Assembly (NCBI RefSeq): GCF_000497125.1
Contig: NC_090598.1
Span: forward strand, 1,240,001-1,304,000
Length of the DNA: 64,000 nt
Direction: 5' to 3'
From: Spironucleus salmonicida
Taxonomy: Eukaryota
In this document: in pieces, positions 1 to 12,812 of the stretch
Layout of the letters: each line of letters opens with the position of its first letter
Position numbering within the stretch: the first letter of the stretch is position 1
The notes under the pieces: generated by a model
Database searches by the model: none
What the model was told of the DNA's origin: nothing
What the model saw: the letters and a program-made list of their open reading frames with translations, nothing else
Made by a program: the position numbers and the translations under genes

Positions 1-84
1 AGATGCACTAGGAGTTGGCTGGAATATAAACGGACGTGCAAGTAACGATAACGTATTGGCAAGAGCACGCTAAGGTCCATTCAT
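1..84 (-). CDS. 5' end of a second copy of the 3794-5560 gene (partial, runs off the window)
   Basis: ATG at 84 on the minus strand reads MNGPQRALANTLSLLARPFIFQPTPSAS, identical to the start of 3794-5560. Confidence 0.7.
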
Positions 85-93
85 TTAATTTTT
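1..93 (-). repeat. Inverted-repeat arm (left), exact reverse complement of 3785-3877; probably continues beyond the window edge
   Basis: Base-by-base match: position i pairs with 3878-i for i=1..93. Confidence 0.97.
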
Positions 94-131
94 GTCCGAC
101 TATGATCTATTTGTAAAATGATAATTATTAA

Positions 132-3100
132 TCACCCCATTAAATCTTAAAATCCTGGAATTTAACTAATTCCTTTACAATTTCTAATTGCTTCTTAGCA
201 TTACTCAAAAACTATATTTTATAGATCTTTGTCGATTTCAATCTTTCCGAAAATTATTAATATACAAAATAAACATCCAACACCAACCGTTTAAAAGCCT
301 AGTAATTCATTATCGATAGACTTCATATAGACATTGACTTACTATACAAATGAACAAATACATGCTCCTAACTCACCTGAAATATTATTTTTAATTAAAT
401 TAAGTTTATCTAATTTTTTAGATAGACATAATAAGCATAAAATACTAGGATTATTGAAAGGTCTAAAGTCTACTATGTTAAAGACTTTTGTTAGATTTTA
501 CAGGCTATAAATAATATTTTTAATTATTTCTTTCCCTTTTACATCTTTTTTAGACTCAGATAAATCTTGCACATATATGTAAAATAACTACTCTACTGCG
601 ATAATTATATCTAGTAAGCCAGCAATAACTTTCATGTTAACTGAAAATAGCATGTTTTATTTAATGTCACTTATAAGATTGATAACAGCAGGTTTAAGCT
701 AATCTGGAAAATGGTCAAAAGAACAAAAAATACCTATTATTAAGAGTCCACGAAGCTTCAAATGTATTGGATTTTAAGAATTTTACTTGAAGATATTCAA
801 TGATTATTATATAATTTGTTAATCAAAAGAAATAAATTAATGAATTGAAGGTAGTTAACCTGTTAATTACTTAATAAGATCAAATAGTTCCGTGTCATGT
901 TCGTTTTATTCTGAAAAATCAATTAAAAATAATATTGAAAATTCTCCATAATTTTTTATTTTTAATCTTCGTATTTTTGACATTTAAGTAAAAGAAGACA
1001 TAGCTGATGATGATTCCTAATTGAACTAATTAGAGTGATTTTATGGAGGTATTGAAGTAAAAATAGTATTGTTTAAAGGCAAATATGGTGGATTTTATGA
1101 AGACTAAAGTTAAATTAGCGGAGTTTATTTAATCTTAGTCTACAAATCTTAAATTTAAGGATCATTAAGAGAAATCGGCAATGAAATATTAGATGAATTT
1201 AGAGGATGATCCTGTGATAAATCCTAAAATTCTTAAAAGTCTGTTTAAGCTAAATTTTACTGAACTGTAGATTGTAAAGAATCTTTAAGTATTTTGGTTT
1301 TTAAAATGGACTGGCTGACTTCTGGTGGTTAAACAATTGGAATTTGAATATTTTATTATTTCAGTGGACTAAAATTTAGAGATTTATTAATATTTTGTTA
1401 TTATTATTCTTTCAAGACTTCTAAAATTTAATCTTTTAGTCCTATTTTCACTTACTTTATTTATAATGGTGAAAGAAGTAATTTTGTATCTTATTTAATA
1501 GTTTTTTCAAATAAATTATCTACTAAAGAATCTACATTTTATAGTTCATCAAATAATGAATCTTTTTATGAACGCAGTTAAAATTTATCAAGACTTTAAT
1601 TTTTAGTATTTGGTTAAGGAGTAGGGGTAGATAATTAATCTGTATCCTCATTAAAAAGAGATGAATGCAGTAATTTTTACGATTGTTGCTATTGTTATTT
1701 ACTTGAAGTATATTTAAGTTACCCATCCTATGTTTTCATTATATTTTTTTATCTAGGAGGCTAAATTACTTCAATATTTGGTATATAAGAATCTTCTATG
1801 AATTATTAAATTTTTTATGTTTCCCCAAGTTAAGATTTTCGTATTTGCTCATTTTTAATATAAGTTAGTTCTTTAATTAATTTTTTATTTAATTATAGGT
1901 TTGCAATCTTACTTCTTTGAAGCTAAAAATCCTAAGATTATTTTAATTATAAAATTTCGTTTTACAAGTCTTATCTTTTTAATTATTCTTCTTTCAACTT
2001 CTTTCTCATCTCAATATTAGTTTACCTTTCAGCAGTAGTGAAAGTTTTCATTTAATTGCATTTAATTTATAGTTCTGTTACATTTTTATCCTTCTGTAAT
2101 AAATCTTAATTTAACTAATATATCTTTTTAGAGTATTTCTCTTAATGAATTCTAGGTGATTTAACTTTATATATTTTCTAAGGTGATTTTACGTGTTATG
2201 ATACTACTAGATTTTCCTTTTAAGTTTTGAGTGGGCTTTTTAGAGCTTAATAAGATCTTAAAAGTTTAATGTCAAGGTTTTCCACGATAGGTTTCTTTTT
2301 ATTCTTAATCTTTTTAATTTTCTACACTGTTGCAATCTCATAACCTTACGAGGAATTATCTGATTAGCTTTATTAATATATATTCTATTCTTAATTTGTA
2401 TTTACTTCATGTTATTATTATTGATTTTATTTTTTAGTAAATACAAATTGGTGTATATCATTAATATCTTCAATAGATTTATTTAAATCTTAGTAATCAG
2501 GGTTTTCTTTAATTGCTACCTATATTGGTTGACTAATAATACTATTGTTTTTAATATTACCATTAGTTTAATTAATCTATTGTTATTATAAATCATAAAT
2601 AATTTACTCTTTATCAATTATCTACTGTTCTAATTTTTGAACTGTTGAATCCTATTCTAATAATCTCTAAATTGACTGCTCTAACTATTCTTTATTTTAA
2701 AAAATTTATTCTTATGGTTTTGTTTATAGTATAGATTTACTTAATCCTAAACTATTATCATTTTATATTTATTACTAAATTATTGTATTTTATTCAGATT
2801 ATTACTCACATTTTTTATCCTAAATATATTAACTCATTTTTATTTTTAATGGTGATTCTGATCTAGTCTCACTAAAACTGTTATTATTTGTAATTTCAGA
2901 AACGCTACAAATCATTTTCACTATTTCATCTTCCTCATTCACTAACAATGAATGAGTCAATTGATTATCTGATTGTAAAATAGTCGATCTTATTGTAAGA
3001 TCATTATTAGTTTTAGTTAATGAATTTTTCTACAGTTTATGCTTTTCTACTAATTATTATGTTAATTACGAGCTATCAATCAATGATGGTGTATTTTAAG

Positions 3101-3740
3101 ATTTAGGTTATGAAACAGACTATAGTTAAACATTTGAATCTTGACAAGGCAATGATACTTAGGTACCTTGTAAATTACTTTATAGTTTTTAGAATTATTA
3201 TAATTATTTAAGCTTTACTAGTTATATTTCATTGTTAATCAGTTATTAGATTTCAGATTTATCATTACTTATATTCAAGCTAGTACTCTAATTAGCAAGT
3301 TGTTATACTTATGAAATATTATTGGACTTTTGATTACCCACTGAATTTATGTCGCATTAATTAAATAAACTAGTATGATCTTATTATAGTTATATTTCTT
3401 ATTATATTTTGAATGAATTTTAAGGTCTACTAGATAATAATGAATCAAAATTCTAATTTGCTTCATACTAGTTTTGTAATAATTTATTATCGCTATGTTA
3501 ACTAGACTATGAAGTCTCTTCATATGATTATTCATCAATTTCTATTTCTTCTTTTAGTTATACAATCATTTTTAAAAGATTAACCGCGACTTAAGATACT
3601 AAACTATCAACATTATGGGCATCATCTGATGTTGACTCTTATTCTGATTAAATAGTTATATTTTCTAAAGATACACTTGGCATACTCTAAGAAAGCTATG
3701 ATTCCATTTCTTATTCCATCAGACGTCTAAATTCTGACAT
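132..3740 (-). CDS. Hypothetical ~1202-aa protein; long Q/N/S-rich low-complexity and coiled region, helical C-terminal domain
   Basis: Table 6 ATG(3740) and TGA(132) are in phase; frame checked at several points; starts MSEFRRLMEQEMESQLSQ. Confidence 0.8.
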
Positions 3741-3793
3741 TTTATTATATAATAAATATTATATCAAGTGATATATAATCTGATAAAAATTAA
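3741..3793. promoter_or_regulatory. Putative 53-bp AT-rich bidirectional promoter between two divergent ATGs
   Basis: Contains TATATAAT/ATTATAT elements in both orientations; similar elements precede many ATGs in the window. Confidence 0.45.
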
Positions 3794-3877
3794 ATGAATG
3801 GACCTTAGCGTGCTCTTGCCAATACGTTATCGTTACTTGCACGTCCGTTTATATTCCAGCCAACTCCTAGTGCATCT
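3785..3877 (+). repeat. Inverted-repeat arm (right), partner of 1-93
   Basis: Exact reverse complement; the match begins 9 nt before the ATG at 3794. Confidence 0.97.
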
Positions 3878-5560
3878 GTCCATCGTATTCTAGCTGATTC
3901 CTTGAACCAGCTTCCAGAGGACATTGCTGAGTAGATCGCTTCATCTAACGCCGCATGTTCTGAATGCGGCTTCAGAGGACATGTAGCGGTTATATCTACG
4001 CGTACTTAATGTTAGTGTGGAGGAAAGCTGCGTGGTAAGCTTCCATAGCTCCGTATTATCCGTACGTCTTAGGTTCAAGTGTCGAAAGGCTACGAAGTTG
4101 GTGCGATTATTCTTGGAGGTGGAACTTGTATAACTGCTGATGATACGGGTTCAGTGTTTACACTGTAGGATGGTTCTGCTACCAGAGTACTGGAATCCTA
4201 GACTTTGTCGTAACTTATTCGGATTCTTACTGACAGTTTCTTCATTAATTAGTATGGCGGTGTGCAATATATCATCTATTATCAGCGACAGATTTTGTAC
4301 CCATCTCATAGCATACTGGCAGCATATGAGTTCCTTCCAGAGAGCGTAGCTCCTGCAATGGAAGTTACAAACGACCAGTTAGTACAGAGATAGGATACCT
4401 GCGTTTTAAATAACTCGGCAGTGTTGCATTCAGATGATGATTGTGACGAAAAACATCACCTCATCTAGGTATTCGGTAATGATTCCTTAATATCCATGGA
4501 CTGTAACGTTCCCAGCCTTGTCGTGTTTGCCTTATTTTTTATTATATCGTTAGGTCTTCTGATACATATGTGTCTCCTATTTTCTATGATTGGAGATCAG
4601 AGTACTCTTGTTGTGGACGACCTTATTGTAGATACTTCTTTACTAGTTCACATGAACGGAGTTCAATCAGCTATTTAGTTTCACTCGCAACAATAACCTT
4701 AGCTATCAATCATAACAGAGTCCATCCAGACAGATATCGCACAGTCTAATACAGCCACTGTAGATACAGAGTTCTCATCGTCTAATTTTGCCCTAGCAAC
4801 TAAGACCCTACAAACAGCTCGTACATCATTTATTGTAGTAAATAATGGGCGTTTAGCCGCTACGGAAATATCATCTGCCTAATTCACAACCGGATCTTCG
4901 ACATCCTTAACGCTTACTAACGCGAAATTTTCTCACCTTACTGCATTCTAAACAGCCAATATTGGTGCACTTACGGTGAAAAGCTTTACATTTACCGGGT
5001 CCTGTGCAATACAAGATTAGATTGATTCGCTAGAGTGTATAGATATTACTACGTACGCGCTTCATAGTGAAAACCTAGTAACAACTATACTGTCTGCTCC
5101 TGCACTGCAAACTAGTTCCCTCACACTCAGTGATGGGATTACTGTACCAAATCTAGTATTTTCCTAGGTGGTTCAAACATAGGGAATTTTTACCACCCGA
5201 GCGTTGCAATTAGGTACATCTCTTTCATTTATTGGGGCTAATACACTCACTGGAGATCTGGTTGTGTCAGGCGCGACTAGTTTAACCAGTCTTAATTCTT
5301 CCACAGGAGTCTTTACCCACAGTACGATTGGTTCATTAACCACAGACGATCTGGGTGGTGGTATAACTATTTACAAGTCTGCAAATATTGCTAATCTAGA
5401 AGTAAAGTCCCTCAGGTGCACTGACCTTATCCTGGCAGGATAACCAGCGATTACTGATCAAGCTCTATAGCTGGGTATCATAGCAGTCTCTGGTGACACT
5501 GTGGTGGTAGGAAGTACGAATAGTACGACAGTAGTGGCACCGAGAATAGTTTAGCGATGA
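3794..5560 (+). CDS. 588-aa single-pass membrane protein: degenerate USP(C19)-like N-terminal domain, TM helix, Thr/Ser-rich beta-repeat C-terminal region
   Basis: Uninterrupted table 6 ORF; motifs CSECG...CQCG, KLPQLRII, YEVGAII, VFTLQDGSATRV, YIIYYQR; TM LVVFALFFIISLGLLIHMCLLF at about 4517-4590. Confidence 0.75.
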
Positions 5561-5609
5561 GTGATTAAAGACAGCATTAAATATATTGGCCTAGACACCC
5601 TTCCGCAAA

Positions 5610-7220
5610 ATGATAGACTCGGTTCAAAAGCCATCACCTACGATCACACTGTATAACCAATTAGCTGCAGCAACCATGGCTTAGAATCGTTCTAGCAATA
5701 CACGGTCAGTGAAGTATAATCGTAAAAATGCCGCCCACACTTAAAAGCAGCTTGTGGACACGTAGTAGCTGCAGACTACCATGGACTCACTCGAGTCCCA
5801 GATTCAGACTGTAAAACAGCAGTCAAATGTTGTACCGAAGGAAGCGAGATAGTAGCAGTTTTCGTTGAACGACATTCTCCCAGTATCTCTGAATAAGGCT
5901 GAGGCTGCGTAGGAAAATCAAAGCGAAAATGCAACTAATGATAACATTATGGACGCCAATATCCCCATGTAGGAGAAAATCAAGATCCTGCGTTAACATC
6001 CTGACCTTTTGCGAAAATTCGTACTTGAGTCGTAGCAGATCCAACGGTAGGAGGCCATTAATACGTACAATAATCACTTGGTGTAACGCAAACAGCATCG
6101 TAACTTGATTTGTAGAGGACTGCCATAGATTAAATTCATTGATAATTTTGTGACACATAATCTTGCTCAGAACATCTCGGATGCTATGCGAAAATCACGC
6201 CTATAGGCAAAACGATAGTATTAGGGGATGTTAACCGATGCATAGATTGATAATGTCTTGTCCCGGAAGCGAAATCTGCTTGAGCGAGAAGAGTTCGATG
6301 CCTAGAACAATGTTTCGCAACCCAAGATCTCAACGATACTACCGATGATATTTATAAATTAGCGCAATACTCTAGGAGTCTACCTTTTCTTTTCCAGCCG
6401 CATTGCTGTTTTGCGGCAGGTGGGAGCGGTATACGACAAGATTAAGCGTAGCAACAACCTAATTCTCTGGGCCAAAGGGATTATCCTCAGAGGTCTCTCC
6501 AATCGACATCAATTCAACCGAGAGCAGGCTGAACTCAGAGCAGCATTCCTTATCACACGAAACCTTAGGATTTACGTCAACAGGCGCAACAAAAACAACC
6601 GAATTAGCTCACTAAGGACGGCAAAGGCGCTCCTTCTTGAGAACTACAACCAACAATGCTTCCTAGGTGCAGTAGTTCGCTTCACCAGTAGCAAGGAGCT
6701 TATAGTACAGAGTGTTCATGACTTAAACACAAAAAATAACGCCAGGGTCCATGTGCTGATGAGCTACCTTCTTGGGTATTAGAAGAACTCTGCATTTCAA
6801 ATTTGGAAGACAGAAAAAGACCATTTTATCGCCCGGCAAATGCGCGTGCTCTAGGCTGATTCTCGCAAGATCAAGGAATTCAAACAGTTTATCGCTCTGT
6901 ATCCGCCTGATAAGCCAGTATTACCAACTATGGAGTAGGACTAGGCGCGCATCGCTGAGCTAGAGTTACCGGTAGAGACCTAACTCGAAATGTCCTGGTA
7001 GTATGTTCTCCGGGTGTCCAAGGCCATGCAGGAGGATCTTTAGTAGAATTATTTGCTTAATTCGCAACCAGGCGCCATCAATGTGAACACCATAAACCTC
7101 ATTCCGACCGACGCTTACCTGGAGCAGATGCTATGGGTCGTGCGGCGCAAGTAAAACCTTCAGGACTGGCTCGATGGCCAAGAAGTCGTACTACTCTAGC
7201 CTGAAGAAGAGTATAAATGA
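5610..7220 (+). CDS. Hypothetical 536-aa helical protein with an IQ-like motif
   Basis: Uninterrupted table 6 ORF that includes track ORF 6411-6782; AAFLITRNLRIYVNRR resembles IQ. Confidence 0.75.
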
Positions 7221-7222
7221 CC

Positions 7223-7573
7223 TCATCGTGCGAACTCAGTATCCCCGTCGTCGGGAGTGGGCCGCACCTATCGTACGGTCTGAATTCGCAGCCCAGGGTT
7301 GTCCTTGATATTAGCGCCAATGCCCTCCCGTACCACACGCTGATTTCGCTAGTCTACAATCATATTGGCCTAAAAGACAAGCAGTGGGATAATGAAGAGA
7401 TCACCGAGCCAGCCGAAAAGGAATATGCCCAAGGTCAACAGGTAGATGAACCCTGCCTCGTATTATAAGCAATAGAAATAGTGACCGCCGAAAACACCCG
7501 TGAAGAGCCAGATCAGGTAACACTTCCACACCACCCGCCGCCGTGTGAGGCTTGGCATTCGTAACCCTCGCAT
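7223..7573 (-). CDS. TM2-domain membrane protein (116 aa)
   Basis: CYLIWLFTGVFGGHYFY..YEAGFIYLLTLGIFLFGWLGDLFIIP matches the TM2 pattern (GxxGxHxFY...GW..D). Confidence 0.85.
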
Positions 7574-7597
7574 GCGAATCAAGTGAACCTTGTGCCA

Positions 7598-7903
7598 TCA
7601 CTCGTCGGGAACCATCAGTCCTACCGCACTACATCGGGCCCACTCGAACACATCCTGGTTAGCCTTGACTGCATGATAGCATCGTTCCACCGTATCCTGG
7701 TCCGGAAGAAGGTTGACGACCGTGATATTCAACTGCGCCGGACTGTTATTTTGGACGTACCGGTCCTGCAGCTCGTCTTGCTGCGTGCTAGGGATTTAGT
7801 AAAAGTCTCCAACCACCTAACTGGTTGCCTTTTATCTGGAAGCTTCAGATTTCAAGGTTGTCAAAATTGGCCAGTATCCTAAATATAAGATTTTACGGTC
7901 CAT
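7598..7903 (-). CDS. Hypothetical 101-aa protein
   Basis: ATG to GAGTGA stop; same frame as the downstream TM2 gene. Confidence 0.6.
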
Positions 7904-8000
7904 AGATTACCTTTAAATATAAATTATTCCAACTTTGTTTCTATTAATTTTGACTAAGTCTTATACCATATTTTCAATTTACCTTTAAAAAAGAACTAAA

Positions 8001-9008
8001 TCACCACCCTAGCAACTGCCGCACCGCCTCCTCCTTACCGTGTTGCTGCTACATCATCACACCCTGGATCCGCTTCTCATCCTTCATTCTAGTAGCATTT
8101 TCTTACCTTTCAAGCACCTTTTGGTCCAGCTCCGTCCTTTGGTCTATAAGCTCTAATTTCCGTCGATGTACTGTTTTTAGTTTTTCATCTTCGCGCCGCG
8201 CGGCCTCAATTTTGGCCATTAGAATGTCGTCCTTTTGAAGCTGATTAGCTTCTTTTTGAACATCGAAATTCATTTCCGATTTCAACTGCTCAACAAGATC
8301 CTTTTGTTCGATGAAAAGCTGCTCCTGAAGCCCTCGTTTGCGCTGCTGGCGCTCCACATTGTATTCCCTTTTGATCTCGATTAATTGAATTTGATTTTAG
8401 TTTTTCATTTCTAAAATCGATGATTTCGCTCGCGTCTAGGCCTCTTTGTACTGTTTTTCACGCTCAGCTTTGAGCTACGCGGCTTCTATTTTTTGGGTAG
8501 TAAGGATTGCATTTTCTGCAATTTTCTGTTGCTTCAGCTGATTGGTGAGCTGATACTGCATTTCCTGCTTTTTGCGCTTCATTTCGAGCGAGATTGCCTG
8601 GATCTGCTTTTGCATGAGCTTCTCCTACTAGAGTTGCTTAGCAGCTTAGAGCCTATCCTGATATATTTCCTGTTTTACAAGTTGCTTAAACTTTTCATTT
8701 TCCTGTCGCTGGTAAAGGTTGTCTTCAATTTTTAACTATTTTTCGTACATTTTCTCTGCTTTCTTGTATTACTAATTGTAGAAAAAATCATCATCTTTGT
8801 ATATTATCTTTGGCTCTGGCTTTAATAGTGAGAGGTCTGGGGCTGGTTCGTAGGTTTGCGTTTTAGCAAAGTAGGACTACATGAAGTCAGGAAGTTCGCG
8901 TTGTTTCTACTTCAGTAATTTCATTTCTCGTTCTAGTATCATCTCGTTTTTTATCTATTGCGCTGTTTTGATCTTTGGATGAGAAGAATGCTTCATAGTT
9001 TTTAACAT
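8001..9008 (-). CDS. Coiled-coil protein (335 aa), E/K/Q-rich
   Basis: Table 6 ORF that includes track ORF 8103-8357. Confidence 0.8.
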
Positions 9009-9176
9009 TTTTGCAAATATTTTATGGTATTATAATTATAAATTAATTAATATAGGACTTAAAGGACTTAATCGCTAATTATAAATAATATACTTAATAT
9101 ATGTAGTAATTAGAAATAAATCAATAAACAATATATAAGTAACCAATATAATAATAGTTATAGTGTTTAACTTTAA

Positions 9177-10559
9177 ATGCTGATTTTATTGTCTAGGATT
9201 CATAAAACATTCTATGAACATGGAGCTTATGAAAGTAATTTATCATCTATTTTTGAGAATACCTTTATGTAGAAGTTAGATCACTTTAATCATCAAAATG
9301 ATACTCATTTTGAATAAAGATATTTCATCAACGATTAGCATTTTAAGAAGAATGGACCCTTAGTTATTATGATTGGCGGGGAGGGCGAGATTTCTAAATC
9401 TTTTGTAACAGAGCCCTACTCGTCCTACTACTTTGCCCAGCAGTTGAACGGGCTGCTCATTTCCCTTGAGCACAGATTTTACGGAAAGTCTGGACCAGAG
9501 TTCACCAATCAGGACATCGTGTATTTGAACTCGCAGCAGACGATCGCGGATTACTCCAAGTTCATACCCTTCATCAAGGAGAAGTATAACATCACTAAGG
9601 TCGTTGTGATGGGTGGGTCCTACCCAGGGTCCCTGGCCGCCTACCTGAGGGCCAAACTGCCTCATCTCGTCGACGCCGCCCTGTCATCCTCCGGCCCCGT
9701 GAAAGCCCAGTTCAACTACACGCAGTACCTGATCCATGCCCAGCAGCAGCTCGAGAGGTACAAGCCTGAGTGCACGCAAGGGCTCCAGAGCGCCTATATT
9801 TAGGTCGAGACCCTCCTGAACGGTACCGGAAAGGACCTCGCAGCCCTCTCCACGCTGCTAGGTCTGGGCGCCCCAATCACTACGGTATCCACCCTCGACA
9901 AGCAGAACATTCTCGAGCTGCTAACAGATCCCGTTGCGGGGATAGTGCAGTATGCCAAGGCCGGCGACATCGAGGGGTTCTGTGACGGCGTTATAGCGGC
10001 AGGTACCGCCGAGAACGTAATCTCGTACCTCGCAGCGCAGGCTGAGCTGACTGATCTATACTTCGACCAGTTCGTCGCCTCTCTGAAGGGCCTCAATAAC
10101 TCCATGCGCTCCTGGATGTGGTAAACCTGCTCGGAGTTCGCGTACTTCCAGTCGGCCGCATACGAGGGCTCTATCTTCTCCAAGATGATCAACCTGGACT
10201 ACTTTGTGCAGATGTGTCACGATGCCTACTTTGTCGATCTGGGAATTTCGGACAGCGTAGAGAATTCTTACAAGATCATTGCGGAGGTCATTTCGACTAC
10301 CAACAACCAAGTATACGGCGCCAGGATTATTCCGAGGGATCACATCTACTACACAAACGGCGAAGTGGATCCGTGGTCCGAGCTTTCTATTAATGCGCAT
10401 ATGACTTTCGAAGATGGCTAGTTCAGGCCCAAGGAAACTGAGTATGAGCTTATCCAAGGCGGGTCCCACTGTTCTGACCTCTACATGTCTTGGGGTCAGA
10501 ATTAGCCTGTTCGCGAGAGGCAGTTGAAGTCATTGAAAAAATGGCTGGATATTGAATGA
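9177..10559 (+). CDS. Serine peptidase family S28 (PRCP/DPP-II-like), 460 aa
   Basis: QKLDHF, QRYF, GGEG, LEHRFYGKS, GGSYPG nucleophile elbow, SSSGPV, WMWQTCSEF, NGEVDPW, GSHCSDL. Confidence 0.95.
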
Positions 10560-10562
10560 AAA
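9308..10562 (+). repeat. Direct duplication, copy 1 of the S28 gene body (partner 31098-32352)
   Basis: Offset 21790; the only difference seen is 9763 A vs 31553 C (K/T). Confidence 0.95.
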
Positions 10563-10774
10563 TTTATAAGAAATATTTATTCTGGTTCTATAATTTTTCA
10601 TATTTTTAGCACTTTATTCATCGAATAAGGTTACCATATATGATAGTCTTATTATACTGATAAATAATTACTTTATGAATAAAAATTAATATGAAATTTT
10701 TCAAAATAAAATTTAGGGATAATACAAAATAAAAATATTTAATATAAATATATATTAATTGATAATTCAATAAA

Positions 10775-11824
10775 ATGGACAAGCATCTTAGAATACTCTA
10801 GTTTACGGCGAGTATTCCTGACTCTCCCCAAACTACTTCTAATTCCCCAATTTTTGTTCTTAATTCCACATTTAAATCATATCATCGTGATATTTTAATG
10901 TAACAATTACACCTATCACCATCTGATCTTAGAAATCTTCTAATTTTAACATCGATGATTGAACCTAGAAAGGGATAAATTATTGTTTCATTAAACTAAA
11001 TTGACTGTGTAATTACTTAAAACTAATTATTTTTATTTATGGAATTTGATGACTCTTAGTTCGCTTAAGAATTTCCATAATTATTAAAGTAAGCTTAAAT
11101 TTTAGAAAAAGGAACTAAATTTTTTGTTTGCTTTGAAATATTAGCATTGGAAGCTATATTTTTGTATGTTTAAAAGCAATTATAAAATCGTATGAATAAG
11201 GTTAGAAATCAAGCAGACAAACTTAAGTTTTAAGTTTTAACAAGATAGGCATAAGCTGCATTGGCCCTTTGCCAATAAGAGTTGACATCTGTTAAGACAG
11301 ACTGTTAAAGAGCAGCATAAACTATTTTAAATACTATTTAGTAAAGTGCAGATAGTTTATTCTTTGAAAATCAAAGAAAAGCACGAAGAACATAAAATCT
11401 TGTATTTACTAAGATAACTAATAAATGGAATGGAAAATTAGTTATTAATTAGGATTAGGAAATTGAAGATTTAATTGAAGGGTATTTATATTAAATTAGA
11501 GCTGTTTAAATGGAAACAGAATAAACATTAAAACTAATCGATGATTCATTAGAATTAGCTGGTATTAATTTAGACGATTTGAGTAATAAAATGATGCGAT
11601 TTGAGCTTAGAATGAGCTTTCTAGCTAATGCTTTTGACGTAGGTGCTGTTATTGGTGGAGCATTTGGGATGAATGTTCTACTTGGATGGGAGACTTCAAA
11701 TTTTGCGTTTTATAGCATTATGATTGCTACTGTTATTGTTGGATTTATCATTTTTGGTGGTTTTGTATTTGCTGAGCGCAAGATTATTAAAAATGAGAAA
11801 GTCCATGTTAATCATTTTAAATGA
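10775..11824 (+). CDS. CorA/Mrs2-family magnesium transporter (349 aa)
   Basis: FEILALEAIF, IEDLIEGYL, NKMMRFEL, GAFGMN signature followed by a second TM helix. Confidence 0.92.
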
Positions 11825-12812
11825 AAGATTAATCATAAGTATGATGGAAGTGTAAATTACTGTAGAGTAAATGTAGTGGAATTTCGAAGAATGAGTTGCT
11901 AGATACTTTAAAAAACCTTTTTTATTCATCAAATATTATTATAGTCCCTGAATGCTATATTTGTATACTATGCTAACTTTTGTACAGTAACTCGCTTGTA
12001 CTAATATTTCTGTAATCAGTATTCATTACTCTACTAAAATAAAGCTAGATACTTTACTATGACAGTCGGCAAATTGGGTCATTATAATTAATAATATTAG
12101 TGATATATGGTGTGAATTGTAATTTTTAATAAGAATTTGGAGGTGCACCAAATGTGACACAATTAATCTAATTTACTTAATAAGAAAGTAATTAAGCTAA
12201 AACAGCGGCAACAGCACCTCCATAACTATATCCTACTAGAACTATTTTTTAATTTTTAGCTATCTACTAAATCTTTTAAAATATGTAATTTGCTGATTAA
12301 TAGAATCCTTCATGATAAATATTTTGGGATACCATAATTTCTTCATAGCAAATACATGAAATGAGATCTTTCATATTTTTTGTGCCCCTAATAATAACAT
12401 ACAATATGTCACCTAAGTTAAAAGTTACAAAAATAGGCTAACAAATTTGCTCTTAGATAAAATTACAAATTAAAAGCTTGTTTACTCCAATTTCTTTATA
12501 TAGGTTACTGTAATATTTTCGTAAAAGAGTCTCAGTGTGCTTTTCATTGTCAAATTATTTATGCAATAATTTAGTCATCTAGAAATACTACTAGTATAGC
12601 AATCCCTCTTCATATCCCATTTGATAGGGTTCTTTGTCTCTAAAATCATAAAATTCCAAATTGTCCTTCTGACTTAATAAAAACTGCGGATATTTAACTA
12701 AAAATTCAGAAGTTTTCGAGATACCTTTGCAGAATTTTTTGAAAAACTACATGACCCCAGAACACATTTCTTCAACTTTGTTTTATGTTTAAATCATATA
12801 ATAATCGCTCAT
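11748..12812 (-). CDS. Class 3 lipase (354 aa)
   Basis: IIRGT, HEGFY, VLVGYSYGGAVA (GxSxG), TFGAP, NDPICRL; 3' end overlaps CorA. Confidence 0.88.

Noticed and set aside
1..3877. Interpreting the inverted repeats as terminal inverted repeats of a DNA transposon
   Set aside because: The arms are coding sequence, the enclosed gene shows no transposase motif, and no target-site duplication can be assessed at the window edge.
7217..7882. Plus-strand ORFs 7217-7468 and 7583-7882, which join into one long frame in table 6
   Set aside because: Antisense shadow of the TM2 gene and its upstream neighbour; long shadow ORFs are expected when TGA is the only stop.
3794..7903. Endogenous virus or contaminant origin for the GC-richer block
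   Set aside because: It uses the host TAA/TAG=Gln code and shows no capsid, integrase, polymerase or packaging ATPase motif; the fibre-like repeats alone are insufficient.
9360..10469. Overlapping alternative-frame and minus-strand ORFs in the track (also 31150-32259, 20572-21474, 34649-35077, 51116-51520)
   Set aside because: Shadows of GC-rich coding sequence with no recognisable motifs.
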